A stretch of 64,000 nt of DNA, taken from positions 344,970-408,969 of the forward strand of contig JAWAHS010000001.1 of assembly GCA_038889075.1 (NCBI GenBank), read 5' to 3'. The notes beneath the pieces are model-generated. The model did not search any database, was not told the DNA's origin, and worked only from the letters and a program-made list of their open reading frames with translations. A program made the position numbers and the translations under genes. This stretch comes from Ignisphaera sp. Its GTDB lineage: Archaea > Thermoproteota > Thermoprotei_A > Sulfolobales > Ignisphaeraceae. This document shows, piece by piece, positions 39,747 through 49,492 of this stretch. Positions within the stretch are counted from its first letter, which is position 1, and each line of letters opens with the position of its first letter.

Positions 39747-40508
39747 ATGAGTGTAAAATTTGTTTTTGCAGATGCTAGGATATGGAGATATGTATTGAGG
39801 AGTATCGCTGATTATATAGAGACCGTTGGCATTACACTCCACCCAAGCGATGGTGTAAGGATTAAAGCGATGGATCCCACCCATGTAATGCTTATCGACT
39901 TCCACGTTCCTATTTCAGCATTCGAAGAGTACTCTGTTGAAAAAGAGACTACACTATTAATTAACCTTGAAAATACCTCGAAAATCTTACGAAGAGCATC
40001 AAAGTCAGATAAACTTCTGATTTCAAGTGATGGATCGAAATTAACGCTAGGCTTTATATCTAAGGGTGGAACGTTAAGATCTTTTACACTACCACTCATC
40101 TCTGGTAGCTATGAAGAGGTACCGGAGCTCTCTTTAGAGTTTCAAATACAGGCAAAAATTCTCGGTGCAACACTATCATCAGCACTATCAGTACTTGAAG
40201 ATGTAGGAGAGGTTTTGAAGTTTAAAGTTAGTAGAGAGGGCATTTCACTTATAGCTACGTCAGATCTAGGTGAAGTTGAATTTGCATTTAGCATAGTAAC
40301 GGGTACTCTAATAGATTATCAGGTTTCTGAGAACTTTAGCGAATTCACAAATATGTATTCTATGAACTATATATCGCTACTTACAACGTTGACTAAACTA
40401 TCTGAGATTGCCACAATAAAGTTAGGTCAAGATATGCCGTGCGAAATAGAGTTAGAGATGATTGCTGGAGCGCGGCTAAAACTCTATGTAGCTCCTAGGG
40501 TTGAATAA
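39747..40508 (+). CDS. pcn: DNA polymerase sliding clamp PCNA paralogue
   Basis: AMDPTHVMLI, FEEY, YSMNYI, LYVAPRVE. Confidence 0.94.
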   Translation: MSVKFVFADARIWRYVLRSIADYIETVGITLHPSDGVRIKAMDPTHVMLIDFHVPISAFEEYSVEKETTLLINLENTSKILRRASKSDKLLISSDGSKLTLGFISKGGTLRSFTLPLISGSYEEVPELSLEFQIQAKILGATLSSALSVLEDVGEVLKFKVSREGISLIATSDLGEVEFAFSIVTGTLIDYQVSENFSEFTNMYSMNYISLLTTLTKLSEIATIKLGQDMPCEIELEMIAGARLKLYVAPRVE

Positions 40509-40511
40509 TAG

Positions 40512-41717
40512 ATGAATAAGCTCGACCCTCTACATAATTGGCTTAGAATATACGAAGAAATTTTTAGAAAATATTACAGTAGAGCAAATTTAATTCTTCC
40601 TAACGATTTCTACATTCGTGAAGTTGCTTTACAACCACTATATAGTGAAACCTATATTAGACATCTATCATTTTCTACTATTTCTGAACTTCGTAAAACA
40701 GTTACTGAAAAAGTTCCCCGCCACCTATATTACTCATCAGCAAAGTATCGAGAACCCGCTAATATATCCATGGATGAAAAACAGTGGATGGGAAGCGACC
40801 TCATATTTGATATAGATGCTAACGATATTCAGGATTGTAAACTGGAAAACGGTGTAATAGAATTTAGATTCTGTAGGACTTGCGGCTATATCACATACGA
40901 TAGTGTTAAGCTCTGCCCAAACTGTAATTCTGAACTTCTAAGGTTTGAGCATGTAAATAGCAGCTGTATATACAAGGCCTTGCTCTACTTAGGTAAATTA
41001 ATTGATGTAATTGAAAATGATTTTGGTTTTAACATGCTGAAAGCTTCATTCTCTGGTAATAGAGGATTCCATCTGATAGTGGAGTTGAATCCGCCGTTCG
41101 ATAGAATGGATCCCGAAATTAGACGTGAAATCGTCTCATACATCAGATTGGATGAATCCATAGCTACATATATTAAGAGATATCTATTAGGATCGGATAA
41201 GAAAAAAGCTATCCCATTACCTCCGAAGGTTAGTGAAGGAGGTATCAGGCGTCGTATAGCAAAGGAACTTCTCAGCATGTCCATAGATGAATTGGCCAGA
41301 CGGTATATAATGGGTCAGTTAGGTAGGCTCGATTTTTCGGATGCTCTAAGAATACATAAGATATTTGAAAGCTGTATAGATAGCGCAGTGAAAAAAGCGT
41401 CTATACCTATAGATCCAAAGGTTACTATAGATGTTACACATCTAGTAAGAGTACCAAATAGTATAAATGGAAAAACAGGATGGATAGCCTATAGTATTAA
41501 AAAACTTGATATCAGCGAGTTTTCTATGGATCCTTCACAACTCTCGCCAGAGAATAATACAAGGTTCAAGGTTCGCATCAACATTGGCTTACCTAAACTA
41601 GAAATTGCCGATGGTAGCTTCTCCTTTACTCGTGGAGAGGAGGTTGTACTAGATTATGCCTATGCATCCTACCTCGTATTTAAGGGCGTAGCTACACTTA
41701 TTGATACTAAGAGCTGA
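40512..41717 (+). CDS. priS: DNA primase catalytic subunit PriS
   Basis: YYSSA, DLIFDIDA, FSGNRGFH, IDPKVT.D..HLVRVPNSINGK. Confidence 0.94.
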   Translation: MNKLDPLHNWLRIYEEIFRKYYSRANLILPNDFYIREVALQPLYSETYIRHLSFSTISELRKTVTEKVPRHLYYSSAKYREPANISMDEKQWMGSDLIFDIDANDIQDCKLENGVIEFRFCRTCGYITYDSVKLCPNCNSELLRFEHVNSSCIYKALLYLGKLIDVIENDFGFNMLKASFSGNRGFHLIVELNPPFDRMDPEIRREIVSYIRLDESIATYIKRYLLGSDKKKAIPLPPKVSEGGIRRRIAKELLSMSIDELARRYIMGQLGRLDFSDALRIHKIFESCIDSAVKKASIPIDPKVTIDVTHLVRVPNSINGKTGWIAYSIKKLDISEFSMDPSQLSPENNTRFKVRINIGLPKLEIADGSFSFTRGEEVVLDYAYASYLVFKGVATLIDTKS

Positions 41718-41723
41718 TGATTT

Positions 41724-42215
41724 ATGTCGGTTGGCGTTCTAGAGGATGTCGTAAAGATGCTAAATTCTCTATTGCTTGACGATAAGGTGTCTACTGCCCT
41801 TATTACAAAGGTTCTTAATGAGATAAATAAACTAAATGTTTCAACAAACTATTGGTGCAACCTGTCATCAGAGCCTTACACCCAGGACGTCTGCGATAAA
41901 TTCAAGGTACTCATGCATAAGCTCGTCGAATCATCTGTAAAAAATGTTGTAGTAAGAATGATGAATAACGAGGTATCGCTTGAACAGGATACCATAGGAA
42001 ACATTCTCACAATATTCGCTAAAATTTCTGAAATGCTCAAACACGCTATTTTAGGATCTGTTATAGTGTACAATGGTAGGATTTTATGTAGAGTGAAAAA
42101 AGCATTTCACGTCCAGCATAGTATTGCCCTCCCAGGGTATACAATATTGATTCCAATCGAATATGCTGTAGTGCTAGCTTCCCTAGGTTACATTGATCTA
42201 ATCGACACTTATTAG
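41724..42215 (+). CDS. GINS subunit (Gins15/Gins51-like)
   Basis: Position after priS; C-terminal B-domain-like GYTILIPIEYAVVLASLGY. Confidence 0.55.
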   Translation: MSVGVLEDVVKMLNSLLLDDKVSTALITKVLNEINKLNVSTNYWCNLSSEPYTQDVCDKFKVLMHKLVESSVKNVVVRMMNNEVSLEQDTIGNILTIFAKISEMLKHAILGSVIVYNGRILCRVKKAFHVQHSIALPGYTILIPIEYAVVLASLGYIDLIDTY

Positions 42216-42265
42216 CCAGACAATATCGGTGGAACCACTAACCGGAATAAGACCTACCCCTCGAG

Positions 42266-42342
42266 GCGGGCTCTGTGGTGCCCGTCGATGTAGCTCCCGA
42301 TGACCCTGCGACAAGTGAGCAGGAGCTGAGGGAAAAGCCCGT
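42266..42342 (+). ncRNA. Candidate k-turn-containing hairpin sRNA
   Basis: GCGGGCT/AGCCCGT and AGCTCC/GGAGCT stems, CCC-GTC-GA...GA-GGG k-turn, GATGA/TGA motifs in a GC-rich intergenic island. Confidence 0.5.
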
Positions 42343-42479
42343 GTCAATAATACCCATGATATTTAAAAATACCTAAACAAACCCAAATAAACAACACGGG
42401 TAACCACTATTGAAACACAGGAGAGTATACGCTTATAAAACTCTACAGCATTCTAATTACTAATTACTTAGAAGGGTAG

Positions 42480-42770
42480 ATGCCTTTGAAAATACCAAGG
42501 AGCATTGTAACATACTGCCCAAGATGTAGAACCCATACAGAGCAAAGTATTGTTATATATAAACATGGAAAGAGGAGGACTTTAGCCGAAGGTCAGCGTA
42601 GATATTTAAGGAAACAGGAAGGTTACGGTTCCAAACGCAAGCCTGAACAGAAAAGATTTGCAAAGGTAACAAAAAAGGTTGTACTTAGGTTGAAGTGTAG
42701 CAAGTGTGGATATATGCAGCATAGAAAAGGAATAAGGATTAAAAAACCTGAACTTGCAGAAAAAGCCTGA
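42480..42770 (+). CDS. rpl44e: 50S ribosomal protein L44e
   Basis: [23 protein letters not shown]. Confidence 0.97.
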   Translation: MPLKIPRSIVTYCPRCRTHTEQSIVIYKHGKRRTLAEGQRRYLRKQEGYGSKRKPEQKRFAKVTKKVVLRLKCSKCGYMQHRKGIRIKKPELAEKA

Positions 42771-42789
42771 AGGTGAAATTCTTTTGGCT

Positions 42790-42987
42790 ATGAAGAGAAA
42801 AGTTCTAATTCCCGAACCAAGGAGCAGATTCATTAGAGTAAAGTGTAGTGTATGTGGTAATGAACAACCCGTCTTCGACCACGCAACATTTCCAACACGC
42901 TGCTTAGTATGTGGTACTATTATTGTACAGCCTACTGGTGGTAAAGCAAGACTTGTTAATGCTGAAGTAGTCAGGATCTTAGGCTAA
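42790..42987 (+). CDS. rps27e: 30S ribosomal protein S27e
   Basis: [19 protein letters not shown]. Confidence 0.96.
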   Translation: MKRKVLIPEPRSRFIRVKCSVCGNEQPVFDHATFPTRCLVCGTIIVQPTGGKARLVNAEVVRILG

Positions 42988-43044
42988 TCCATCTATAGAT
43001 GTATTTTTAAGTACAACATAGGTAAATTGATACAGGGGCATTCT

Positions 43045-43863
43045 ATGAGCATCCCATTTAGAAAACATGGTATTCCTGATGTTGGAGAGCTTGTAGTGGC
43101 TCAGGTAAAGAAAGTATTTGACTATGGTGCGTATGCCGATCTTTTGGAATACGAGAATCTCGAAGCGTTCATTCCATGGAGTGAAATAAGTACTAGGTAT
43201 GTGAAGGATATTAGGGATGTTATTAAAGAAAACCATGTTGTTGTGGGAAAGGTGATTAGGGTAGAGAGGAGAACTGGTAAGATACAGATTGATATTTCTA
43301 TTAAAAGGGTTCTGGAGGGTGAGAAGAGAACTAAAATATTGAGATGGAAAAGAATACAAAGGGCTCAAAAGATTATAGAGATGGCGACTAAGAATAGCAA
43401 TAGAAGTTTGGAGGACGCTTACAAATATGTGTGGACGATTCTTGAAAGAGAAGCCGATCCCTTGTCAGTATTAGAGGAGGCCGTACTGAAGGGACCGCAA
43501 TTGCTTGTACAACGCGGCATTCCTGAGGATTGGTCGAATGCTATATTTAGTGAGGCACAGAGACATATATCGATAAAAACTGTGAAGATCAGAGCATTAG
43601 CAGAGCTTGTGTGCTATAAGAGCGATGGTATTGAAAGGATAAAAAAGATTTTGAGCGATATAAGTAGCATGGATTACGGTAGCAATACTAAGGTGTCAGT
43701 GTATACCATCGGTGCTCCAAGATATAGGATTGAAATTGAGGCTGTAGACTATAAAATAGCTGAGGACATATACAATAGGATAAGCAGATACCTTGAAGAG
43801 CAGTCCAAAGCTCTTGAAATAGATCGTTTTAAGCTGGTCCATGAAGAGATTGAAAAGGGATAG
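43045..43863 (+). CDS. eif2a: Translation initiation factor aIF2 alpha
   Basis: PDVGELV S1 domain, IPWSEIS, GAPRYRI. Confidence 0.96.
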   Translation: MSIPFRKHGIPDVGELVVAQVKKVFDYGAYADLLEYENLEAFIPWSEISTRYVKDIRDVIKENHVVVGKVIRVERRTGKIQIDISIKRVLEGEKRTKILRWKRIQRAQKIIEMATKNSNRSLEDAYKYVWTILEREADPLSVLEEAVLKGPQLLVQRGIPEDWSNAIFSEAQRHISIKTVKIRALAELVCYKSDGIERIKKILSDISSMDYGSNTKVSVYTIGAPRYRIEIEAVDYKIAEDIYNRISRYLEEQSKALEIDRFKLVHEEIEKG

Positions 43864-43865
43864 CA

Positions 43866-44072
43866 ATGAGATGGAGAATAAGAAAGTGCCCCATATGTAA
43901 AAGATATACGTTAAAGGAGATGTGCATGTACTGCAATGCGAAAACTGTGGTACCCCATCCTCATAAATTTTCACCTGAAGATAGATACGTAGCCTACAGG
44001 ATTTTTAGCAAATATCCACATCTGGTGAACACAGCTAGCAAAAAGAGCCCTCCACAATCTAGCGAAAGTTAG
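43866..44072 (+). CDS. nop10: H/ACA RNP protein Nop10
   Basis: RKCPIC.RYTLKE.C, HPHKFSPEDRY. Confidence 0.95.
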   Translation: MRWRIRKCPICKRYTLKEMCMYCNAKTVVPHPHKFSPEDRYVAYRIFSKYPHLVNTASKKSPPQSSES

Positions 44073-44108
44073 TATAGATTCTATACTTACTGAATTGACA
44101 GGGACGAA

Positions 44109-44765
44109 CTATATCCCAGTAAGCCATCTAATTCCATTCTCAGTAATCAGAAATCTGAACTCTAAATCAGTAGAGGGTTTTACAAAACGCAAAATCCTAG
44201 TACGATTACTAAGCTTTTCGATAGCAACTATGGCATCCGCCCATATTGATAGATATTCATAGCCTGCTATCACCTCACCATATTGTTCATCGGCTTTTAT
44301 TTGCGCTGAAGTAATTACGTAAATATTACCATAGCTAATTAGATCTAGAAGTGTAAGCATATTTAGGAACATTCTAAGGCTCTGCTGTTCCACAGCCTCA
44401 ATCCTGTAGAAGTGATTTATACTATCAATAAATATTGCCTGCGGATGTCTATACATTGTAATGATGTCTATAATTAGTTGAATTAGATGGTTCTGATCCA
44501 ATGCTACTGAAAATAAAATATTATTCGATGTTATTCCAAGTTCTACTACTCGATTTAGAAAGGCAGAACCTTCGGTACTGATATAATAAAAATTGCTATC
44601 TGATTTTGAGCTACACAATAGTATGTTTAGCATGATGTTGGTCTTTCCACTTCCCGCTTCACCATAAATTAATATCCTTCTATATCTCGATAGCAGCACC
44701 TTATCCAATACACTATTACATATTGATAGCATTAATCTAATGCCTTGTACAAAGTGTATTTGCAT
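44109..44765 (-). CDS. RadA/RadB-like ATPase lacking the N-terminal domain
   Basis: YGEAGSGKT, YISTEG, IFIDS, F.ITENGI. Confidence 0.8.
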   Translation of the reverse strand: MQIHFVQGIRLMLSICNSVLDKVLLSRYRRILIYGEAGSGKTNIMLNILLCSSKSDSNFYYISTEGSAFLNRVVELGITSNNILFSVALDQNHLIQLIIDIITMYRHPQAIFIDSINHFYRIEAVEQQSLRMFLNMLTLLDLISYGNIYVITSAQIKADEQYGEVIAGYEYLSIWADAIVAIEKLSNRTRILRFVKPSTDLEFRFLITENGIRWLTGI

Positions 44766-44788
44766 CTATGTTACTTGAGGATTGTATA

Positions 44789-45469
44789 CTATGATATTGT
44801 ATAGATGTATTTGTTGTCTATGGCTTTCAGTAGACCGTGCTTAACTAACGTCCTCACTGCCTCAGTTATGTATCTTCTATCCACTGAAATGCCATACCAT
44901 TCACTAAACTTCCTATCAAGTTCCTCTAATGACCATGATGTTCTACCATCCTCTCTATAAGAGGATTCGATAATCCTCTTTAAGAATTGTGTAACATCTT
45001 CTAAACGTGTCCAAGGATATTGGAACCAAACCCATTCCTTTACTTCGATATAGTAGAAGTCTGGTTTTAACTTTGCAACACTTGATATCCATTGAAGTGC
45101 AGCTATCTTTAGTTCCTTAGGTTTCCAGTTTTGCAGTATGTATTCCTTAGCTAGTATTACAGATTCTCCTGTGTCTATAATATCATCAACTAGTAGCGCT
45201 TTGAATCCAGTTAAATCTACACTATATTCAAACTTTATCATAGCTTTCTCACCCTTTTTGGCCGCCTCGGTCCAATGCTGTGATTGTATCGATAGCAGAT
45301 TTTCAACACCTAGGAAATCGCATAGTAGTCTCGCAGGTACATAGCCGCCTCTAGCAATAGCTATTATAACATCTGGAATGTATCCACTATTCTCTATTAT
45401 TTTTGCTAATTCCCAGCTCCACTCAACGATTTCTTCCCATGAGACTAGTTTTACCGGTATACGTGGCAT
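44789..45469 (-). CDS. Purine phosphoribosyltransferase
   Basis: IARGGYVPA, LLVDDIIDTGES, W.QYPW. Confidence 0.9.
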   Translation of the reverse strand: MPRIPVKLVSWEEIVEWSWELAKIIENSGYIPDVIIAIARGGYVPARLLCDFLGVENLLSIQSQHWTEAAKKGEKAMIKFEYSVDLTGFKALLVDDIIDTGESVILAKEYILQNWKPKELKIAALQWISSVAKLKPDFYYIEVKEWVWFQYPWTRLEDVTQFLKRIIESSYREDGRTSWSLEELDRKFSEWYGISVDRRYITEAVRTLVKHGLLKAIDNKYIYTIS

Positions 45470-45643
45470 AGAGTTGAGACCCCAAAATATAGCAAGATAG
45501 AGAAATATATAATCTTTTAAACTAAGCTGTTCGTTGCATCACAAAAGTAAACAGTATTATATTCATAGGTAGTCTACGGTAATTTTATGCTATGTAGTTT
45601 CAATTAATTTGTTTTTAATCCGTTTAGAAATTTAGTGTTGTTG

Positions 45644-45716
45644 AGCCTCCGAGGCTGGCCTATGCGATAGATGATCCGTGGGTGATTATGAACATAGGTT
45701 CTCTGCGGAGGCTATA
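45644..45716 (+). ncRNA. Candidate single-hairpin H/ACA guide RNA
   Basis: AGCCTCCG/CGGAGGCT lower stem, 6+6 nt pocket, GCCTATG/CATAGGT upper stem, GATGA..TGA k-turn, ATA box 14 nt from upper stem; TTTTTAAT box about 25 nt upstream. Confidence 0.7.
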
Positions 45717-45722
45717 ATAAAG

Positions 45723-47180
45723 CTATCCCTTGATGACGGCTATTGGTACAAGCCTTGCCACAGGTCTTGCTAAACTTGCCCTCGTTGCTACATCTATAAC
45801 CTTGTCAACATCCTTATATGCCTCAGGTGTTTCTTCAGATAATTCTCTCATTGTCGCTGCCCTAACAAATATCCCCTTCCTTTCAAGAGCATCTACAACC
45901 TCTTTTGGCGATTTTGATCTTATCGCTGCTGCTCTACTCATCCATCTCCCAGCTCCATGAGGGGCTGACCACCATGTTTCCCTAGCCCTTGAGCTAGGTA
46001 TTAGTATATAGCTTGCGGTACCCATGCTTCCAGGTATGAGTACGATCTGTCCAAATTCTCGATGATCTGAGGGGATTTCTGGATGCTGAGGTGGAAAGGC
46101 TCTAGTAGCACCTTTTCTATGAACAACAAGTTTATACCTCTTGTTCTCATAATCATGCTCCTCGAGCTTTGCTATATTGTGAGCCACATCATATATCATT
46201 TTTATACCAATCTTCTCAGGATCCGATCCTAAAGCCTTTGCAAATGTTTCACGTGCCCAGTGGGTTATTATCTGTCGATTTGCCCAAGCATAATTTGCTG
46301 CCGCTGCCATTGCTGCAAAATAGTCTTGCCCTTCACGACTATTGAACGGTACCGCAGCCAATTCTCTATCAGGCACCTCTATACCATACTTCCTCATAGC
46401 TCTTTCCATTAAAACCAGATAATCGCTTGCTACCTGATGTCCTAAACCTCTGGAGCCTGTATGTACCATTATGGTTATCTGGCCTTCCCCAAATATTCCT
46501 ATCCTCTTAGCTATATCTGGTAGATATATTTTCTCAACGATCTGAATCTCCAGGAAGTGGTTACCGCTACCTAATGTACCTAGTTGAGGAGCTCCTCTTT
46601 CCTTTGCCCTCCTGCTTACTTTTGAAGCATCAGCCCAGTTCAAACTACCCCTAGATTCCGTATGCTCTATATCATATTCTGTTCCGAATCCCTGTCTATA
46701 TGCCCATAGAGCTCCCTCCTCTAGAACGTTATCCAACTCTCTTTCACTTAATCTAAGTCTACCTGTTGCACCAACACCGCTCGGAATATTCTTGAATAGA
46801 GCATCTACAAGTACCTTTATATGCGGTTTTATATCTCTTAAAGTTAGATCTGTTCTTAGAACCCTTACACCACAATTTATGTCGTAGCCTACACCACCAG
46901 GGCTTACAACACCATCTTCTTCTACAAATCCTGCTACCCCACCTATTGGAAATCCGTATCCTTGATGACCATCTGGTAGAGTATAGCTTGCAGCAACGAT
47001 ACCTGGAAGACATGACACATTTGCAGCTTGTTCGAGAGTCGCATCCTCCTTCATCTTATTGAGCAGGAACTCATCCGCATAAATTACTGCTGGTACGTGC
47101 ATGCACCTCTTATACTCCTTGGGAATGAGCCATGTTACGTCATCTAAACGCTTTAGATTTACAACCAAAATCACCACCAT
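45723..47180 (-). CDS. rtcB: tRNA-splicing ligase RtcB
   Basis: PDGHQGYGFPIG, GYDINCG, GSGNHF, HRKGAT, PGSMG, HGAGR, YKD. Confidence 0.97.
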   Translation of the reverse strand: MVVILVVNLKRLDDVTWLIPKEYKRCMHVPAVIYADEFLLNKMKEDATLEQAANVSCLPGIVAASYTLPDGHQGYGFPIGGVAGFVEEDGVVSPGGVGYDINCGVRVLRTDLTLRDIKPHIKVLVDALFKNIPSGVGATGRLRLSERELDNVLEEGALWAYRQGFGTEYDIEHTESRGSLNWADASKVSRRAKERGAPQLGTLGSGNHFLEIQIVEKIYLPDIAKRIGIFGEGQITIMVHTGSRGLGHQVASDYLVLMERAMRKYGIEVPDRELAAVPFNSREGQDYFAAMAAAANYAWANRQIITHWARETFAKALGSDPEKIGIKMIYDVAHNIAKLEEHDYENKRYKLVVHRKGATRAFPPQHPEIPSDHREFGQIVLIPGSMGTASYILIPSSRARETWWSAPHGAGRWMSRAAAIRSKSPKEVVDALERKGIFVRAATMRELSEETPEAYKDVDKVIDVATRASLARPVARLVPIAVIKG

Positions 47181-47453
47181 ATACCGTTGGACAGATACCG
47201 CTTCAGAATTTAATAAGCTTAATCAATATAAACCAAGAAATGGATATTGTGACTCAACTATCTAAATGAATTGGATCTCCTACCTCAAAGAGTAAAGAGG
47301 ATGAAAACCGTGGATAGTATTATACCCAGTTTTATAGCTTATTTTGTTGAATTCTTATTAAGCTCTCTTAACACTGCTAAGATTTTGAACATATTTAACT
47401 AGGATACGTATTGTAATTGAGGATACCTATCATGTCTATGGTGATGGAATAGC

Positions 47454-47936
47454 ATGCCTGTATGGAAGTATCCAAAAATCGAGAACTTAGATGAATCTAG
47501 AATAGCAAAAGCTGTGATAAGAGATGTTCCCATATCTTTTAAGGAATCTTATGAGGTGTGTAAGTTATTAAGAGGTATGATGCTAAGCGATGCTAAGAAT
47601 TTTTTAATGCAGATAATTGAATTAAAGGAACCTGTACCATATGTTAGATACAAGCTTAGTATAGCTCATAAGAGAGGTCTCGCTAAAAAATGGAGAAGAT
47701 GGGGTAGTCCGATAGGTAGATACCCAGTGAAGGTAGCTAAATACATCTTAAAGCTCCTAGACAATGTTGAAAACAACGCAATTGTAAAGGGTTTTAGCAG
47801 TGAGAGGCTGAAGATAGTACATATAGCCGCCCATAGAGGATATTACTTAAAGAGGTGGATGCCCAGGGCATTTGGAAGAGCTACACCGCGGTTTAAGACC
47901 CATACAAGTATAGAGGTTATTGTCGCAGAGGTGTAG
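47454..47936 (+). CDS. rpl22: 50S ribosomal protein L22 (uL22)
   Basis: GRYPVKVA, NVENNA, PRAFGRATP. Confidence 0.96.
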   Translation: MPVWKYPKIENLDESRIAKAVIRDVPISFKESYEVCKLLRGMMLSDAKNFLMQIIELKEPVPYVRYKLSIAHKRGLAKKWRRWGSPIGRYPVKVAKYILKLLDNVENNAIVKGFSSERLKIVHIAAHRGYYLKRWMPRAFGRATPRFKTHTSIEVIVAEV

Positions 47937-47939
47937 CAA

Positions 47940-48569
47940 TTGGTAAATATCAAGAGATATTTCATTGAACAGGGAATAAAGAAGGTTGCTGTCGATGAAT
48001 ATCTAGCAAGTAAATTCTGGCGTGCTGGTTATGCAGGTGTAGATCTCATAAGAACACCACTGGGCACGAGAGTAATAATCTATGCTGCAAGACCCGGTAT
48101 GATTATTGGTCGGAGAGGTCAGACCCTAAGGACAATACAGCTCATTTTAGAAAAACTGTTTAGTGTTGAAAATCCACAGATAACAGTGGTTGAGGTTGAG
48201 AACCCTGATCTAAGTGCAAGAGTCGTAGCATTCAACATTGCATTAGCTTTAGAAAGAGGGATACACTTTAGACGTGCAGCATTCATAGCTCTAAGGAGAG
48301 TCCTTGCTGCAGGTGCTATTGGTTGTGAAATAATCATAAGTGGAAAACTTGTAGCTGAGAGAGCTAGATATGAAAAGATAAAGGCAGGTAAGGTATACAA
48401 ATCAGGTGAGCAGAGTCTAAAACTTGTAGATAGGGCCGTGGCGCACGTACTGCTAAAGCCTGGCATCTTTGGTGTAGAGGTGCTAATAACGAAGCCTGGT
48501 ATAACCTCAGACTATGTCGAAATTGTACCATCTGAAAAAGCTGGCGCAGCCCAGCAAGAGAAAACCTAA
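47940..48569 (+). CDS. rps3: 30S ribosomal protein S3 (uS3)
   Basis: KH domain PGMIIGRRG, GCEIIISGKL. Confidence 0.97.
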   Translation: MVNIKRYFIEQGIKKVAVDEYLASKFWRAGYAGVDLIRTPLGTRVIIYAARPGMIIGRRGQTLRTIQLILEKLFSVENPQITVVEVENPDLSARVVAFNIALALERGIHFRRAAFIALRRVLAAGAIGCEIIISGKLVAERARYEKIKAGKVYKSGEQSLKLVDRAVAHVLLKPGIFGVEVLITKPGITSDYVEIVPSEKAGAAQQEKT

Positions 48570-48574
48570 GAATA

Positions 48575-48799
48575 GTGAGGTGTTCAATATTGAGTGATAG
48601 ACCTTTATCAGCAGATGAAATAAGATCTATGAATTTAGATGAAAGGCTTCGCCTCCTTAGAGAACTTAGACTGGAATTGATAAGATTAAAAACACAAGCA
48701 CAATCTGGTACGCTAACCAATGTTGCTAGGATAAAAATGTTACGTAAAAACATTGCAAGAATCCTAACGATAATAAATCAAGAACGTGTCGGAAGGTGA
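48575..48799 (+). CDS. rpl29: 50S ribosomal protein L29 (uL29)
   Basis: LRKNIARILT. Confidence 0.95.
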   Translation: MRCSILSDRPLSADEIRSMNLDERLRLLRELRLELIRLKTQAQSGTLTNVARIKMLRKNIARILTIINQERVGR

Positions 48800-49074
48800 A
48801 GCGTACATTAAAGAACATAATATATCACGAATTAATAGGCTTGAACATACTAGTGCTTTCTCATAGCGATAAAAGTTTAATTGGTAGAAAAGGTACTATT
48901 GTTGATGAAACAATGTACACCCTAAAAATACGGGAGGATGATGGACGAGAAATCGTAGTTCCAAAACTATATGGAGTATTTAGAATAGCGATCCCAGACA
49001 ACGGTTATGCAGATATTGATGGATCTATTATAATTGGAAGACCCGAGGATAGGCTTAAAAGATTAAAAAGTTAG
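48796..49074 (+). CDS. rnp1: Ribonuclease P protein component 1 (Rpp29/POP4)
   Basis: HELIGL, GTIVDET, GRPEDRLK. Confidence 0.93.
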   Translation: MKRTLKNIIYHELIGLNILVLSHSDKSLIGRKGTIVDETMYTLKIREDDGREIVVPKLYGVFRIAIPDNGYADIDGSIIIGRPEDRLKRLKS

Positions 49075-49118
49075 TCTAAACTAGTATAGCTTACCTCAGT
49101 AAAGGTGACTCAGTAAAG

Positions 49119-49481
49119 GTGATAGAGGTGCCACAAGCGGCGAGAAACATAGGCATAGTGTATCCAGGGTTAAACCCTCCTGAGAAGGAATGTAATGATA
49201 AAAAATGCCCCTGGCATGGAAATATCAGTATAAGAGGCTCCCTATTTGTTGGTAAGGTAGTTAAGGCTAGAATGCATAATACAGTTGTAGTTGAGAGGGA
49301 GCATCTGGTATGGATTAGAAAGTTTAAGAGATATGAGAGAAAGAGAAGCAGAATACATGCACACAATCCTTCCTGTGTAAGCGCTAGGGAGGGTGATATT
49401 GTTCTAATTGGCGAGACCAGACCCCTAGCGAAAAGTGTTTCTTTTGTTGTACTAGGTATACTTTCACAAAAAGGTGGCTAG
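49119..49481 (+). CDS. rps17: 30S ribosomal protein S17 (uS17)
   Basis: CNDKKCPWHG, KRYERK, ETRPLAK. Confidence 0.97.
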   Translation: MIEVPQAARNIGIVYPGLNPPEKECNDKKCPWHGNISIRGSLFVGKVVKARMHNTVVVEREHLVWIRKFKRYERKRSRIHAHNPSCVSAREGDIVLIGETRPLAKSVSFVVLGILSQKGG

Positions 49482-49492
49482 GGTGGTGAAGT

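Noticed and set aside
42215-42480. RNase P RNA or SRP RNA
   Set aside because: The structured part is too short, and neither the GAGGAAAGUCC-type nor the SRP helix-8 motif is visible
45723-47180. Intein in RtcB
   Set aside because: Length of 485 aa and contiguous motifs leave no room for an insertion
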